DNA from: Raillietiella orientalis
Lineage: Eukaryota
Length of the DNA stretch: 64,000 nucleotides
Assembly: GCA_036172245.1 (NCBI GenBank)
Contig: JAYWIR010000022.1
Coordinates: forward strand, 1,736,001-1,800,000
Direction: 5' to 3'
The notes below the pieces were generated by a model, which was given only the letters and a program-made list of their open reading frames with translations, did not search any database and was not told where the DNA came from. Position 1 is the stretch's first letter; each line of letters opens with the position of its first letter. Below, in pieces: positions 1 through 13,200 of this stretch. The position numbers and the translations under genes were made by a program.

Positions 1-720
1 GTGTATGCACCCAGCGGTGGCTGCGCGCGCACGGTACGGAGAGCATTCTTTTGTGAACAGAAGTGTGAGTAGCTGGCGTAGGCAGGCTTGCGCAAAGTAC
101 ACCTGATAGCCCGTGATTTCAGCATCCACTGCTGAACGCTCTATGGGGATAGGCGAGGTCCAAGATACGCCTCAAGGACTTGACGGTTCCGCGACGGGAT
201 GTCGGCCTGGGCATTTTGACTCTGGAGTGAATGCGGCTGCAAGTGCATTTCCGAATGCTGGCACTGTGTGTTAAGCTATGGACTTCCCTGATGTATTGCC
301 TGCACGCATCCTCCTGTGGAGATGCGCCGGCAGCGAAGGACTGCCAGACGCACTACAGGATGCGGGGATTCGGTTTCCCCTTGAGGCATCTTGCCCATCT
401 GCTGGAAGCGCAGCCGTGGATCTCCTACCGCCCAATAAACTTTAACGCTTGACGGCAGGAGTCTGTTGAATCCTGGGCTTCATTTCACGAAATGGATTCG
501 TAAGATGTTTCGGCATCTGCTGCCACGACCCATGGAAGTGGTAATGCAGGACGCTGCGATGTGGTTGACCCTGGCTGCCATCTCCCTTACCGCAGCGCTG
601 TCTACCCTCACGGCAAGAGAAGATGGTAGCCTACCGGCGAGGTGAGAGCTTCCCTGCACTATCGCGGGAACTCCAAAACTCTTGGACCGCTGGAAGACGC
701 GCGAGCTGGCAGATGCTGCT
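1..720 (+). mobile_element. Degenerate L1/Tx1-like non-LTR retrotransposon fragment (APE endonuclease and start of RT), internally deleted
   Basis: Frame 1 from base 1 reads VYAPSGG...R.FF...HLIARDFS, matching the endonuclease motifs NVYAP and LxGDFN. SYRPINFN at ~422-446 matches the RT-proximal YRPISLLN motif. Stops and frameshifts throughout. Confidence 0.6.
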
Positions 721-729
721 ACTATGAGC

Positions 730-3310
730 ACAACTGCTGCGGGACTTGTTCGGTGGTGCGAACTGTTGAGTGTTGCCCTCTCTCTCGCACTTCGCCATGA
801 GGACACGGCACACGCAGCACAGCGATGCGATTGCAAATGCGGGCGAGCCGCACGAAGAGGGGCCTCAAAGAGTCTCTGGGATCGTCCACGGGGTGCGAAA
901 AGTACTCAGAGAAACATTCCCAAGAGTCCCGGAGGACAATGCACTGCACCAAGAGGTAAAGGTGTCCTTTTCCCCACAACTGGCACAGTTCGACCATGGT
1001 CTTCCCCTCATAAAGAGGTGCCGGCGCTCATTCCACTGGAGATCCCAGTGCAGTATCAAAAGCTCCGATTGCTTTCAATTGAATGAAAGCAGCTCCCTGC
1101 CAATTAACACAGGGGACACTCCCAACTCTTTGGTCTGATTGGAAAAGAGTTCGCCCCCACGTTCCAGTCCTTTGACGCGGTTCTTAGTGTTGCTGCGTCA
1201 GTTGGCTGACGCGTAGTCCAGCCACCGATAGCTTTTCTGCGGGCAGAGATCTCGCACGAAACCTCCCACTTCGCCAGTAGGCAGGTATCATTTACCCCGA
1301 AAGCGGAGGATACCGCTGCGGCGAAGAGGGTGGCTGGTGGGTAGGCCAACATAGTTCCGCCACCGATATCCTTCCGTTGTTCTTCTGAAACTCTCGGCAG
1401 CGGGTAACTTCCAGGGACCGCTCTCTTTCTCTGCTTTGCGTGCGTACTCACTTTATTCTACCTCCAGGACGTGCTGCGCCCTCGATGGCCGGTTGAAGCA
1501 CGAAGGCGACACCGCATGACTTTTTCACGCCGTAACACCACAGCAGCCGTGCTCCCGAGATCTGTTACATCTCCGGGACATGATCGATGATGCAGGTGGT
1601 GTCAGCCAACTGATTCTGGAAAATCACTTGCTGAGGAGGTAGCTGACGCACTTTATACTACCTATGAAGATTTGGTCGTTAATAAAGCCAGATTACAAGT
1701 TGTTCTTGGCGGCTTGTTTGGTAGCTTCAGTGACTCAAAGCTTCGAGAGAACCTGCAACAACTGTAGCTGTACTCGAATTCCAAATGGGAGCAGACGGTA
1801 GCGTTGCTACGGTAACGCAAGGCATTGGTCCTTGGCCTCAGGATACGAAAGGAAACACTGCAGATAAAAATTTCTGCAAATGGATCAACATCAGCTGAGG
1901 CAAGAAGTCAAGGAATTGCCAAAAGGGAACAAAATAGCACTGAAAAATTGCACTGAAAACAATAACAGATAAGAATTCCATGTTTTTTACGCGTGCAGTT
2001 GTTCGTGTGAAGAAATAAAGATACTTTAACCTTAACGAGTGAAGTCTTTGTTCCAGCTGTAACAGTTCATACTTCCGTTGACCATCGCTGCAAGGACGCA
2101 GCTATTCAGAAATATGGATACACGGAATGCGTGCATGCGGGAGAAGAGAATTTACGTGCGCTGCCATCAGCAACAGGAAAAGGGTTGCCGGTTCCAATAA
2201 GACCATGCAGCTGATGCTGCAAGGATAGAAAATGCTCATCTGATTGATGGAGTTGGTACGTTCTTCAACATAATGGGATCGCCTGAACTCAACTGGAATC
2301 AATTAGGACCGTTTCGGAATAGCGTACCACTAACAAGTGGAAAACGGCCATCCAATTTCACTGCTTGTTTATATCATATGCATAGAGTTACGTCAGTCAT
2401 TGAATGTCAACACGAGAGCAACGTTGGATGCTACGCTGACTCATCTGGTCACAACATCCCAAACAGCATCTGCCACGTCTCCACGTACCTCTTCGAGACC
2501 ATTTTCCTCTCCTGCAAGGACGGTGGAAAACAGCGCTACTCAAGCGCTTCTTTTGCGCCAGACGGGTTCCGTTCCTCCTTGCAGCATGGAAGGCGCGTCC
2601 ACCCGTAAGCACCCTGAGGCCATCCCGACGACTCTCACTCTCCGCCTTCCTGGACACCGTTCCGGAGAGGACTTCCGTGTCGCCAAGGTTCTACTGGAGG
2701 AATCCTACCAAGGAAACCTTGGATTCGCCAACGGCTCCTCCCAACGCCGATCCACACAGGCCGGTTTGGGTCCGGAAGGCAGGCCTTTCCCGCGAACACC
2801 GGGCACATACGCCTGATGTGGCCGAGCTGCTCCCGGCAGCGGCACTCGGTTTTCGGGAACCTCCCTTCGGGATGCCCAGTTCCGACGCACTTGCTGCGAC
2901 CATCACCTTCCCCGCAAACCTCAGAACTACGGTTCTTCGATCCATCTGCAGCTCGTGCGGGATTTGGGTGGTTCCGGAGCAAACGCGCCCTCGGCGAGTC
3001 CATTGCATGCTGTAGCGAAGCTCTTCATTGCGTTCGCTTTCCGCCAGAGGGCGTGCCAGCAATCAGAGCTTTTGATACTGCTGGCGCTGTAGCGACGATA
3101 CGATCGGAAACAGCCGATCGTATTCCTCCTCGGTCGAAGACGAAAGATCCATCCATCCACCTCTGAGGGGAAGACCGTTCTTCTCTTTCGATGCAGAAAC
3201 GGCGTCCAGGAAAGACTGCGGGTCTGCGAGCTCTGCAGCTTTGCAGTTGACCCACCAGCTGTCGCGCCCACCTGGAACCATGAGCAGCTCCAATTCCGCC
3301 ACGCTCCTGA
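730..3310 (-). mobile_element. Degenerate near-full-span L1/Tx1-like element (ORF1 zinc knuckles plus ORF2 relic)
   Basis: Motifs in order on the minus strand: IPHELQMDRRTVVLRFAGK; two CCHC-knuckle relics SKCVGTGHPEGR and CRCREQLGHIRRMC (~2800-2900); LRVLT (~2610) and SLQER (~2510) as the endonuclease start; LADTTCI (~1600, ADD-like); LHWDLQWNERR...CASCGEKDT/fs/LLVQC as the C-terminal zinc finger (~940-1055). Confidence 0.7.
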
Positions 3311-4559
3311 AAGCAAGGGTGGAAGCAGGGTCAAAGATACCCTATCTGATCGAATTCTCCAAAAGAGTGCAAGTCACCCACCGCGAAAAGCGGAACTTTT
3401 GCTGACGCGCCTGGATGGCGTTCGAACAGAGAACGACGGCGTGACCGGAATTGTAGGTGCAGCAGGGGGAGCGGCCGGCCCTGCCACATGGATACCGATG
3501 CTGCTGCTGCAGCAGGCTGAAAAGCTCCTACTTTCGCGAGGCGGTGGGCCACGAGCGGCTCGGTATTACCGGAACGCACTTCCGTACTCACCACCGTCCA
3601 GGTCTGCACCACGACACAACACCCCTCGGATACCCCTCGTCCGGTGATAGGGCACCATGAAGGTCGTGCCGATGCTGGGCGGGAGGTAGAATCGCATCCC
3701 TTCCGCCACCCCGTCACGAGGGGAAAAACGGACGCGACGAGCACGAACGTAGGCAAAAATGGAAGCGTTGCGACGTGCCCTCGCTTCCCTGAAGGACGTG
3801 GCCTGGAAGAAGGAGAGAGCTGCAGCAGACACCGCCGCCCTCCCTCATCGAGAAGGTGCCGCATCAACCCGTTCCGGACGCCGCGACTCGCAGCATCGAG
3901 ACGTCCCGAACGGAAGCCCCGTCCCTCTGCGACCGCACGCAACAGAAGCGAGCGCAGGATTCATTCTGCCCGCTCATTCCCTGCAGACCCCGCCCAGCCC
4001 GCACACAAGCAACGGCCCATGCGCGAGAGCACCTGCGCGAAGGCGCGCTCCGGTGCTGCCCTCGAGTGCAAGTGGCAGTGGCAAGCGCGCGCACGATGCG
4101 CCTTCGTTCCTGGGGGTTCCAGCATCCCTGTACTTGTTGTTCCAAGAGTGCCGGACCTGTCGCTCGGCCCCGGTTCGCAACCCTTTCTCCCGGCGACCAG
4201 CAGACGGTCGAATCTTCTTGAAAGGCGCGAACTTCGGAAAGGGCTGTTTGCCTTCGTCTTTGAACTTTGTGCCCCGAAAAACGGACTGAAACGGCAAGCC
4301 GTTGAAAACGGGGTGCACGGCATCCTGGAAGCATGACCGACCCCTGTAGTTTTCTCGGAACTGCAGATAGCCGTCAGCATCATGAAGTTGTGAGCGAACA
4401 GAGCAGAGTGTGCAATGAACATGCGGTCCAGGCCCGCGCGCTGGAAAGCTCTCTGGAAGGTGTGCATCCAGATGAGGGCGAGACGCCTCCTTGATCATTC
4501 ATTTGATACTTCATAATTGGGCATCTGTCATTTGCCGCATTCCTCGGTTCCAACGAACG

Positions 4560-5360
4560 GGAGGAGCAGATGTGTGAAGGTTCCTCGTTTCTAACGAGGA
4601 AAAACGTAACATCATGCGTCGCAGGTTCGAATACTCGGAAGTGAATGGACGCAGTGCGTCGTGGGTTTCGACTGCACCCCGCTACAAGATGACGCTGCTT
4701 GACCTACATTCATCCAGGTGCGGCACTGGTAGCGGTTGAAGCCGGGAGCCCCCGATGAGGGCCAGGTCAAATGGGAGTCGAGCTCCGGGTCCTTCCAGGA
4801 ACCACGGACAGGGAGTTTCGTTGAAGTGAAGTTGCGAAGGAGAGGACCCCCCCTTTACGGGGGACCCCTTAAGTCGTACTCATGGAGTAGGGGTGTACCC
4901 ATCACCTCTCCGGAGAGTGCAGGGAAGCGAGCCGATCCCTTCGGGGAAGCTGCGCCCCTCTGCATTCCGGAACCGTCCCGTCGAGGTGCTCTTGAGAGGA
5001 GTAAAAACAGCTGCGGAACCTTTGCGGAGGATCCCTTCGGAGAGGAAATTCCAGGATCGGATACTTTCCGGGTTCCCCACGGAGAGGAAAACATGAAGCG
5101 GACCGCCACGGGGGTCTTCCGGAAAGAATGTAGAAAGAGATTCCCTTCTGGATTCCCGTTCGGAGACAACCAGGGTGGAGGTGATCTCTATTTCCGGGGA
5201 TCCCTCCCCAGTCGTGAGAGGTACGAAATCCTGTCCTTGCTGGATTCAGAGGGCAGATCCCAGCCGGGGAACCCCCTATCTTGAAAAATACCCACCCTCG
5301 GGTGGCGTGGAAGAACCGTGTCGAAGAACTGCAAACAGAGAATAGAAAGGATTTCGATCC
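4560..5360 (+). mobile_element. SINE-like hairpin-array element, copy 1
   Basis: B-box-like GGTTCGAATAC at 4624-4634, AAGATGACGCTG at 4686-4697, CTCCGGGTCCTTCCAGGA, then repeated hairpin + GGAGAG units up to TTCGGAGACAAC (~5170). Colinear with the reverse complements of 42637-43328 and 62605-63385. Confidence 0.7.
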
Positions 5361-6005
5361 TCTTCGGAGGAATGGTTATTTTTCGTGACAACATCGCTAC
5401 GGGTGGCGGCGGCGCTTGCTTGCGTGGCAACCACGTTCGCTCGCAACGCTTTCGGGCTGGCGACAGTCGACCCGTGAGTTGAGAGAGCGAGTGGATCCGA
5501 TCGACGAGAGTGCGAGCAGCGGGTACCCAGGCTGGAAGTACTCTCCCCCTGCTCGTGGGCATCCCGAAGCACGAATCGAGGATGGTACACCGCCGACTCA
5601 CCGCACATACAGCGACGGCGGGTGGGCAAGGTGGATGAGGAAGAGCCCAAGAGGAGCGATGAGCGCGATCGGAAAAATTCTCCGCCCACCCGAAGCGGCA
5701 GCAGGTTGTCGTTATGACGACCCACGCCGCGAACAAATTCCGTGCGAACTGCCAGCTGCGTTCGTCGTCCTCCCCTCCCCCTGAGCACGGAAGGGTGAGG
5801 CGGCACGGGCAGCAGCTCCGTTGGCTTGCCCGCAAGGGCTGAGGGCATGAAACGGGGACGGAGTTTGCTCGGCTGGCTGCGAGGGGTCGGGCGACGGTCA
5901 TGCTGTTGGCCGGGTTAGTGCCCTCCGGAGAAACTGCGGCGACCGCGTTTGCGCGCTTGCGTGTCTCCGCCGGACCGCGGACTGCTCGCGTCTGCTCTTG
6001 CAGTC

Positions 6006-7253
6006 ATGCTCGTGGCGCGCGTGCGGAAGGCGTTCTTTCCTGCTGCTTTCGTGGCGTTGGTGCTGCTCTGCTACGTTTGCTTGGTGGCGCTGCCGGCGAC
6101 AATTTGGAGGAGTGACGCACCCCCTTCCACGCGGACGTCCCGCCGGACGAAAGGGACCTATGAGCGCGTGTCGTTCCTCCTGCCCGCCCCCTCCTTTTCG
6201 AACTCGACTGCCCCTGCCCCTCCTGCTTCTGGCCCCTCCCCGCGTCGGCGGGCGAGGAACCTCTGCCTCGAAGAGAGGGCACGCCCGCCGTCGCTCGCAG
6301 CCTCCGCCGCCGAGAGAGAGCGCAACGGCGGCTCTTGCAGCTCGTGTTCCTGCCACCTGAGAATGGAGTGCGTGCAAGACCGAAACGCAGACCCGGAAAC
6401 ACCGCGGGCCCTGGATGCCTTCCGCGACCTGAAGGACTGGACCCTGGACGGTGCTGTGCGCGAGCCGCGGTCGGGACGGCGTCCCCTCAGTCTGCTCATC
6501 GTCGGGGACTCGAGGGTGAGGCAGTACGCAGAGGCGTTCACGGATTTCTTCCCCGGGGTCCGCGCCTCCGCCGGAGACCTCTTCTTCGAGGTCGAGCTGA
6601 AGAGCGACACTCTGGAGCCGCGCGTGTACGACCGCAGCGGATTCTCCGTACTCGTTGGAGGACGCGTCAACGTGACGTTTCGTTGGAGCCGCCACCCGGA
6701 CGGGCGCATGCTCGAGCTGCTGGGTGCGGTGCGCGCGTCCTGCGAGCAAGGACGCTGCGTCGACTACATCCTGCTGGGTACGGGGTTCCACCACCAAGTC
6801 GATGCGAACGGGAGCCGGGACGCGGTGCCCCGCTTCGCCCGAGACCTGTCTCTCGTGTCGGCTCGCCTCCGCACCCTCTATCGAAGGCACCGCGTGAGAA
6901 CCCTCTTCCACGTCAACCTACCCCTCCTGGAAGAACTGCTGGACGCGACGGCCGTAAGGAAACGGCCCGACTCTTTCAGCAACTCCGTACTCGCTGCGTA
7001 CAACGCTGCCGCCAGAAGAGTTCTTTGCGAGCCTCCGCTGGACCACGTCACCTGCTTTGACAGCGCGTTGCGCCCCTTCCGCGAGCTGCGTTCCAGCTGC
7101 GGGTTCCGCTCCGCGGGCACGCGCGCACGCCACAGGCAAGGAGCTTGCGGAGATGGCGTCCACATGCCGCAATGGACCATGCAGAAGAACCTGCACCTGC
7201 TGCTGCACTACCTCCGCTGCAGCCGCCGCTTCGACGAGCGGACTGCCGCCTGA
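6006..7253 (+). CDS. SGNH-hydrolase / PC-esterase (CASD1 N-terminal-like) family protein, probable type II membrane protein, single exon
   Basis: Uninterrupted ORF with first ATG at 6006. N-terminal hydrophobic segment AFFPAAFVALVLLCYVCLVALP. Block I motif IVGDSRVR (GDS at 6504-6512), DYILLGTGFHH, YNAAARRVL, and a C-terminal DGVH (7152-7163) completing a Ser-Asp-His triad. Confidence 0.85.
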   Translation: MLVARVRKAFFPAAFVALVLLCYVCLVALPATIWRSDAPPSTRTSRRTKGTYERVSFLLPAPSFSNSTAPAPPASGPSPRRRARNLCLEERARPPSLAASAAERERNGGSCSSCSCHLRMECVQDRNADPETPRALDAFRDLKDWTLDGAVREPRSGRRPLSLLIVGDSRVRQYAEAFTDFFPGVRASAGDLFFEVELKSDTLEPRVYDRSGFSVLVGGRVNVTFRWSRHPDGRMLELLGAVRASCEQGRCVDYILLGTGFHHQVDANGSRDAVPRFARDLSLVSARLRTLYRRHRVRTLFHVNLPLLEELLDATAVRKRPDSFSNSVLAAYNAAARRVLCEPPLDHVTCFDSALRPFRELRSSCGFRSAGTRARHRQGACGDGVHMPQWTMQKNLHLLLHYLRCSRRFDERTAA

Positions 7254-10200
7254 CCCCGTTTCCGTCGCCTATCCTTCCCATCGAGCGGCTGTCGGAAGTG
7301 TCCAGCGCCCTCGCTCCGCCTCGGGCGCAAAGCGGACTTTCAGCCGCCAAGTGGTAGGTCGAGCGCGCCCGAATCGAGAGGTAAGGTCTACCCACATGGC
7401 TTCCCTCTATTATGTCACCTCTGCGCCGTAGGAAGCAGCGGGGAGGCACGCGACCGAGCGAGCTATGAGAAGTGTCCCTCTCCTCCCTAGCGACAGCAGC
7501 TTGCAGCGGTGGCAACGGCGGGGGGAAAGCAAACACGAAAGGGTAGAGGAAGAGAAAGAAACACCTCCGCTGCACCCTCGCCTCTCTTTCCATTTTCGCG
7601 CCGCACAGGGGCGGTCATTCTCGGCGAAGTCACGGAAATGCAGGTCAAACCACCCCTGCGGCCTTCGAAGCCGCGAGAAGGCGCACCGTGCAGAGCGCGT
7701 GCGTCAGGACGGCGGTCAACACGTGAGCATGAGAGCGATATGCACGCAAGAAGTGCGGTTGTTTCGGTAGCAGCGGGAGCTGGATGGGACGGACGGAAGC
7801 GGACGAGTTGCCGCCTTGCTTCCTCCCTCGCCTTTCTGCGGGACCGTTGCTAGCGGGTGATGATGTCCACGACGGCGGCATCCGCGCTCTCTCCTCGCCT
7901 GCACATCTTCCTCCTGCTCTTGCGGATCCGGAAAGCAGCCTGTGCATCGCTACTGCGCGTGCGTGCTCCCGCCGTCGCCGCAGCTCCTTTCGCGCTGCGA
8001 GGAAGCAGCAAGGACAGGAACATCGTGCAGGGAAGAAATTCGTCAGTCGAAGGGTCGACGACCGTCGCGAGCAGCAAAAGCAGCAGACGCGCGCTCTCTC
8101 GCTCTCGGCTATCGACGCAAGGATGATTCGTCTCCCACCGCGAATGGACCGACCGGGCAGTCTCGTAGGAAGGAAGCTTCCAGAGATGCAGGAACGCGGA
8201 TCGGGAACCTGCAAACTGACCACATGCAGCAACTGCCTCTTGCGGCAACACCCGGGAAGCGGGAAGACGAGCGCCAAGGAATGCGTCTCCAGAAGAAACC
8301 TTTCCGGCTGCAGCGAGCGCTCCATGGAAAGATAGCCTCGAGCATCAAGATCGAGCAATGGATGGAGGAGAACGGAGCGAGCTGCTTCATTTTCTCCTCT
8401 GCTTTCTGTCGTGTCGCGTTTCCAGCATGGGCAGCCTGCGGATGCGGGAATAGCAGGAAGGTGCCTTGCGTATGTCGGTGCCTTTCTCGGGTGCTCCGCT
8501 CGTGTCCTTAAGGAACCCTGCAGATGGATAGCCTGCACGTCCCTGAGGAGAGAAAAGCTTGACAGAGGACCGCACTTGCACGGGAGGGAAAGGCAGCGGA
8601 GTGCTGCTACCGCGGAGTGTCGGAACTCCCTCACTCACGCGGGGAGAAGCGCAGGTGAATTTCCCACATTCCTCTCCTCTTCTCCGGCAAGTGTGCTTTT
8701 TGCGTCCCTGGTGCCCTCAGTAACGAACTGGATGCGGGACGGTCGCTGTTTCAGAAGATCGCAGCCGCAGGGAGCGAAAGCGCAGTTGTTTCTCAACGGA
8801 GGCTTGCGAGGCGGCTGCTGCTAGGCCGCTCAACTGCGAAGCATTCGATGCTTCGGATGCGCAGTCCATTCCTCCGCTGCCACCGGAACCATCGCTCACC
8901 TCTGCGCGGTTCCACGAACCCACCAGGTCGCTCTCGTTTGAAGGAAAGGTGGAGGGCTCGCACGGGGGACGCTTCCGGCACGATCGCAGCCGAACGTCAC
9001 GTCTGCCTTCCTTCGGCGTTCCAACAACATCCTTCTCCCCGGTCCAGCCCTGTCCCTTCATCGGCTTGCCGATGACTAAACCCATCGGAGAAAGGCAGCC
9101 TGGGAACCTGGAATCTCTGTTAGATTGTTCTCCTCCTCCAATCGCAGCCGTCGCTTTCCCTGAGATCTTGACCACGATCGTCGGCTTCATCTTCGCGATA
9201 ATCGTCAGCACCAGCGCTCCCACTGCTATCGCTCACACGCCACTCAAAGGACGCTCTTGTGGGACCGTTCTTAGCTGGACCAAGAGCCGGAGGTCATGTG
9301 CTTCTCGACCCAGAGGTACTTCTCATCCTTTCTACCCGAGGATCGTGAGGCACGTCTTCCTGACCTGCAGAAACTCCAGTCGCACGACTACTTCGCCCTC
9401 GGCTAGTTCATCGGCGCTCTCTCCCTGAGGACACGGTGATGAAGATCCTCTCCCCGAGATTTTTCACCATGCAGATGTGACAGCAAATGCCTTCGCCTTC
9501 GCCCCTTTCCGCCCTCCAGCAGACTGCATCACGATTCCCGTTCCCTATTTTCTCAGCTCTCCATGTGCGCCCCTCGCTCGGCGACTGCTTCCTCAAGGCG
9601 CAGGCTTTTCTTCTCCGTTTGCCAGTAGTGAATCGAAGCGATGGCCGGCAAGATAGCAGGCCGAGAGCGATGGCGTCGTGAAGCTGGTCGGGGAAGGTTG
9701 AACGAAAAGGAGGAAAAGCAGACCGCCTTCGAGACGCAGAGCATGGGTAAAACTCTTGGAAGGTGTGCACAGTCGATCGCCTGCCTCCGAATTCCGAGAA
9801 GAGCAATGCCGTGGATCCGCAAACCCTTCCAATACGAATCCCAGCAACCACCACAGGCAGAAGTACGAGCAAGAATGTTCCTATTGTCTCGTCCTGACAC
9901 AGCTTGCCGCAGCAACCGAAGGGGACCTGTCCATTGCCAGTTGAGCCACTCTTTCCCCTCCGCAAGCTGTCCGCAGTAGTAAAAGCGAAGAGCTCGTTGC
10001 TGTCCTGATCTTCTGCTGTGAGGGGAGAGCTGCGGATGACAGGCAGATCGACTTTTCGCCGATTTGCCTGCGGCCAGGTGCCTTCGGTGTGTCCACCGAC
10101 TTCATCGATCCCGCGAAACTTTTTCGTTCTTAAAATGATCACTTTGGGGGTTCGTAGGGTCGGTACATTGATTTGATCGCCTTTTGCTTGCTTCCGAACA

Positions 10201-13200
10201 CCACTCCCGCTGCGGGAAGGCCTTCTCGTCGGATCGGACCTCGGGAAGGAATGAAGCTCGCAGGCGTATGGAAGGTATGCGACCTCTTTCGTTTGCATTC
10301 CTTTGGGCCGCCCTCTTCCGCTGGTTACCCTGGACTCGGTTGGCTAGCACAAGGAAGGACAAAAGCTGTGGATTCCTCGTGCAGCCTCTAGGATGAGGCA
10401 GACAGCCACTCGGTTCTCCTGGATAGTTACGCCGTCCCTCCAGCGCGCGGCTGCACCCTTCTCGCCCTGAAGCGTCAGCGCATCGATCAATGTCGGCACA
10501 GCATTAAGAGAAACGCAACAGGAGCGGAGTCGAGATGAGCTTGCTGTGACTGCACTTGGTCTGCGAGGTCTCCGCTTCGGTTGCCACGGAGCGGCTTGGC
10601 TGCACTCTTGGACCATCTCCGGAGCGCTGTTTTGGGTGCCTCTCCTTTGCCATGCACGCATCTTCGTCCGCCCGGCCTTGGACGCGTCGCAGAGCTTCCG
10701 AGCAGAAATCGCGCCGCGGTGCGCCAGCGGCAGGTTCTTAGCACGGCCCTAGGTTTCCTCCGCAGCACGATGAGCACGGAACATGAATGAGAAATCAGGC
10801 ACCGTCTGGTCTGCATCCCTCCTGACAGACCACGAGAAGGACGCTGTCTTCCACTCCTCACGCGTTGGATGCCCAAGTCAGGCGAGGACGAGCGTTTTTT
10901 GCTTCCGCTGCGAATCCGATCCGTTCAGGCTGTGTCTTTTTGCTCGTCCGAACGGCTGTTGCGCACCCCAATTCCCGTTCTTCACTCATCGGAACAGGCG
11001 CGCATCCCTGTCCAGACGGCTGAAGAGCACCTTGACCGGAGCGTTGCCTCTTACCTTTGCTCAAGGGGAGATGATCTGAATTTTCCTTATTTGACAGCGG
11101 ATGCACTTGCGAATGTATGCAGATCAACTTTGGCTTACCGCTCCTCTCTTGCTCTTTCTCTCTGGGACTTTGCACTGAACTGAAGGGAGAGCACGCCCCT
11201 TTGCATCACGCTGTCGTCATCATCGAATCGGAATATGGTAATTTCGGACAGCTGCATCCACGGAACGCAAAGTAATGAAGAAGAAATCCCTGGCCCCAAT
11301 AAACTTGCTCTACTTATCCATTTGCATCGGGAGATGCAAGAATGCGCCGTGGTGCCCGCTGAATTTCTTGTCGATGCCGAAATCTAGAACTCCGGGATGT
11401 GAAACGATTACGTGCGAGAGCGCACGCGGTTACATTGTGCGCATACCGTCCAACGGCTCGCCACTTCCGCACGCCGTCGGAAACTGCCGAGTCCACGCCG
11501 CTTCTCAACCACATAACTGCTCTTCATCTGCCAGGAGAGGAACAAATTCCCCGCGCTTCCACGGCTGAAACTTCCATCTCACCTTGAGCTCGGTCTTCGT
11601 GACCTTCGCTGGAAGGAAGCTGCGCATTGAGGAGCGTCCGTGGGAAATTCTTCCGCCCGGATGCAGGCTTTTCTGTTCAAGCTTCGAGGATGCACGCTTT
11701 TCCCCATCCGGCGCTCGGATATCGCCGAACGATGCATGGGGGTGCTCCTGCACGTCTTGGTCGGCTTCCAGGAGGCGTGCAGGAGATTTCCGAGCCATAC
11801 GAGCGTCCTGCTTCCTGCTTTCCGCCATGACTACCGTTGCTCTTTCGAAGTTGTCGGCTCCTCGCCGATTTCGCCTGCCTCCTGCACTCACAAGAAGGAG
11901 CTGGCAAACGCAGCGGCGTACCTCTTCGCAGCTCGTTTCCAGGGGCGCCATCCAGTGGGGCAGTTCGATTCGAGTGGCTCTTGAGGTCGGCTCATGGGAA
12001 GCTCACGCACCTGACAACCGGACGCGGCCTTCACAACCACGGGGAACACGGCGGCATCACGAATCGGAGCGGGTCGTCGGTGAAGTGTTTGCTTCCCGAT
12101 CAGCTGGACGTCAACCATGCATGCATCGGTCACACCTACATTTCCAGTATTCGATGCTGAATTCCCCATCAAATAGGTCTTGCAAAATCGTCTTCCTGTC
12201 CCTCGAGGCGAATCTGTTACCTGGAAACATTCCATCCGAGAGTTGTTGCTTCCCGCGCCCCATTCGCTGTGCGAGGAAGCAAGCAAGCTGATGGGGAAAT
12301 TTCCAGTCTCCCTGTGTCCTCTCTCCCTGGAGCACCTTCGCGGCTCCGTTGGCGCGGCAGCCTCAAAGCACGGTTCGCAGAGCGTACTACTGGTGGTGGG
12401 CGTGGCAAGCGATCCTTGGCGTGGGAGGAACACCGCAACGGACGCTCTGTCAGCCCCGAATACTCTCCGAGGCGCCCACGAAACCGCTGCGCCAGGAAGA
12501 GAAAGTCGCGCCGCTTTCTGGAGCTGCGGAGCTGAAGCCCAGAATTTCCATCGGTCCTACGAATCCTGCAGACGGCGACCGAGGAAACAGCACTCGGATT
12601 CGCGCTCGACAGGCACTGACGATCTCCCGCCTCACGTTGTGCTTTCGCACCAATGACTGCGATGGAGCCCCTGTAAGCAGAAAGGTTTCGGGAGAATCAG
12701 CTCCCCACGGAGCCACCGTGCGCAGCAGGTGCTCGCGCTGGCTGTCTCCTTTGGAGCAGTCGCTCCCTGTCATCGGCAGGGTTGCTGCCAAACCACGGAG
12801 ACCACGGAAGGGAAGGGCGGTTTGGAGACGGGTGAAGCGTGTCAAAGGTTCGCTAAGCATTTGGCGAGTGCTGTCTGTGCGTGTGCTCGTTTTCAGGGGA
12901 TATGTGGCTCGTCCGAGCGAAGCGAAGCTTGCAAACTGCATGTCGGAAGACGATGTGGGATGGAAGCAGAGGTGTACGGAAATTTCTTGAGTCAGGAACG
13001 ATAGCTTTTTCATCCCGTCGGGACGTTCAATATAACGGGAAATAAACGGACGGATGGTGGGAGAGCAGCCTCTACTAATATCATCGAGTGTTGCCTCGAC
13101 AGTTCTCCTTTTGTCTTTTCCCTCGGAGAAAGAGGTTAGGCCAAAAAAAAAAGCGTAAAATATCTGGAGGGATTGGGAAAGGATTGAAAACCTTGGTTTG

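Noticed and set aside
5500..5600. Short similarity (GCAGGGGGAGAG.TACT on the minus strand) to the Tx1-like copy at ~62450-62470
   Set aside because: Too short to call a separate element.
5898..6911. 337-aa minus-strand ORF and other frames overlapping the SGNH gene
   Set aside because: Shadow ORFs of a GC-rich CDS with no motifs.
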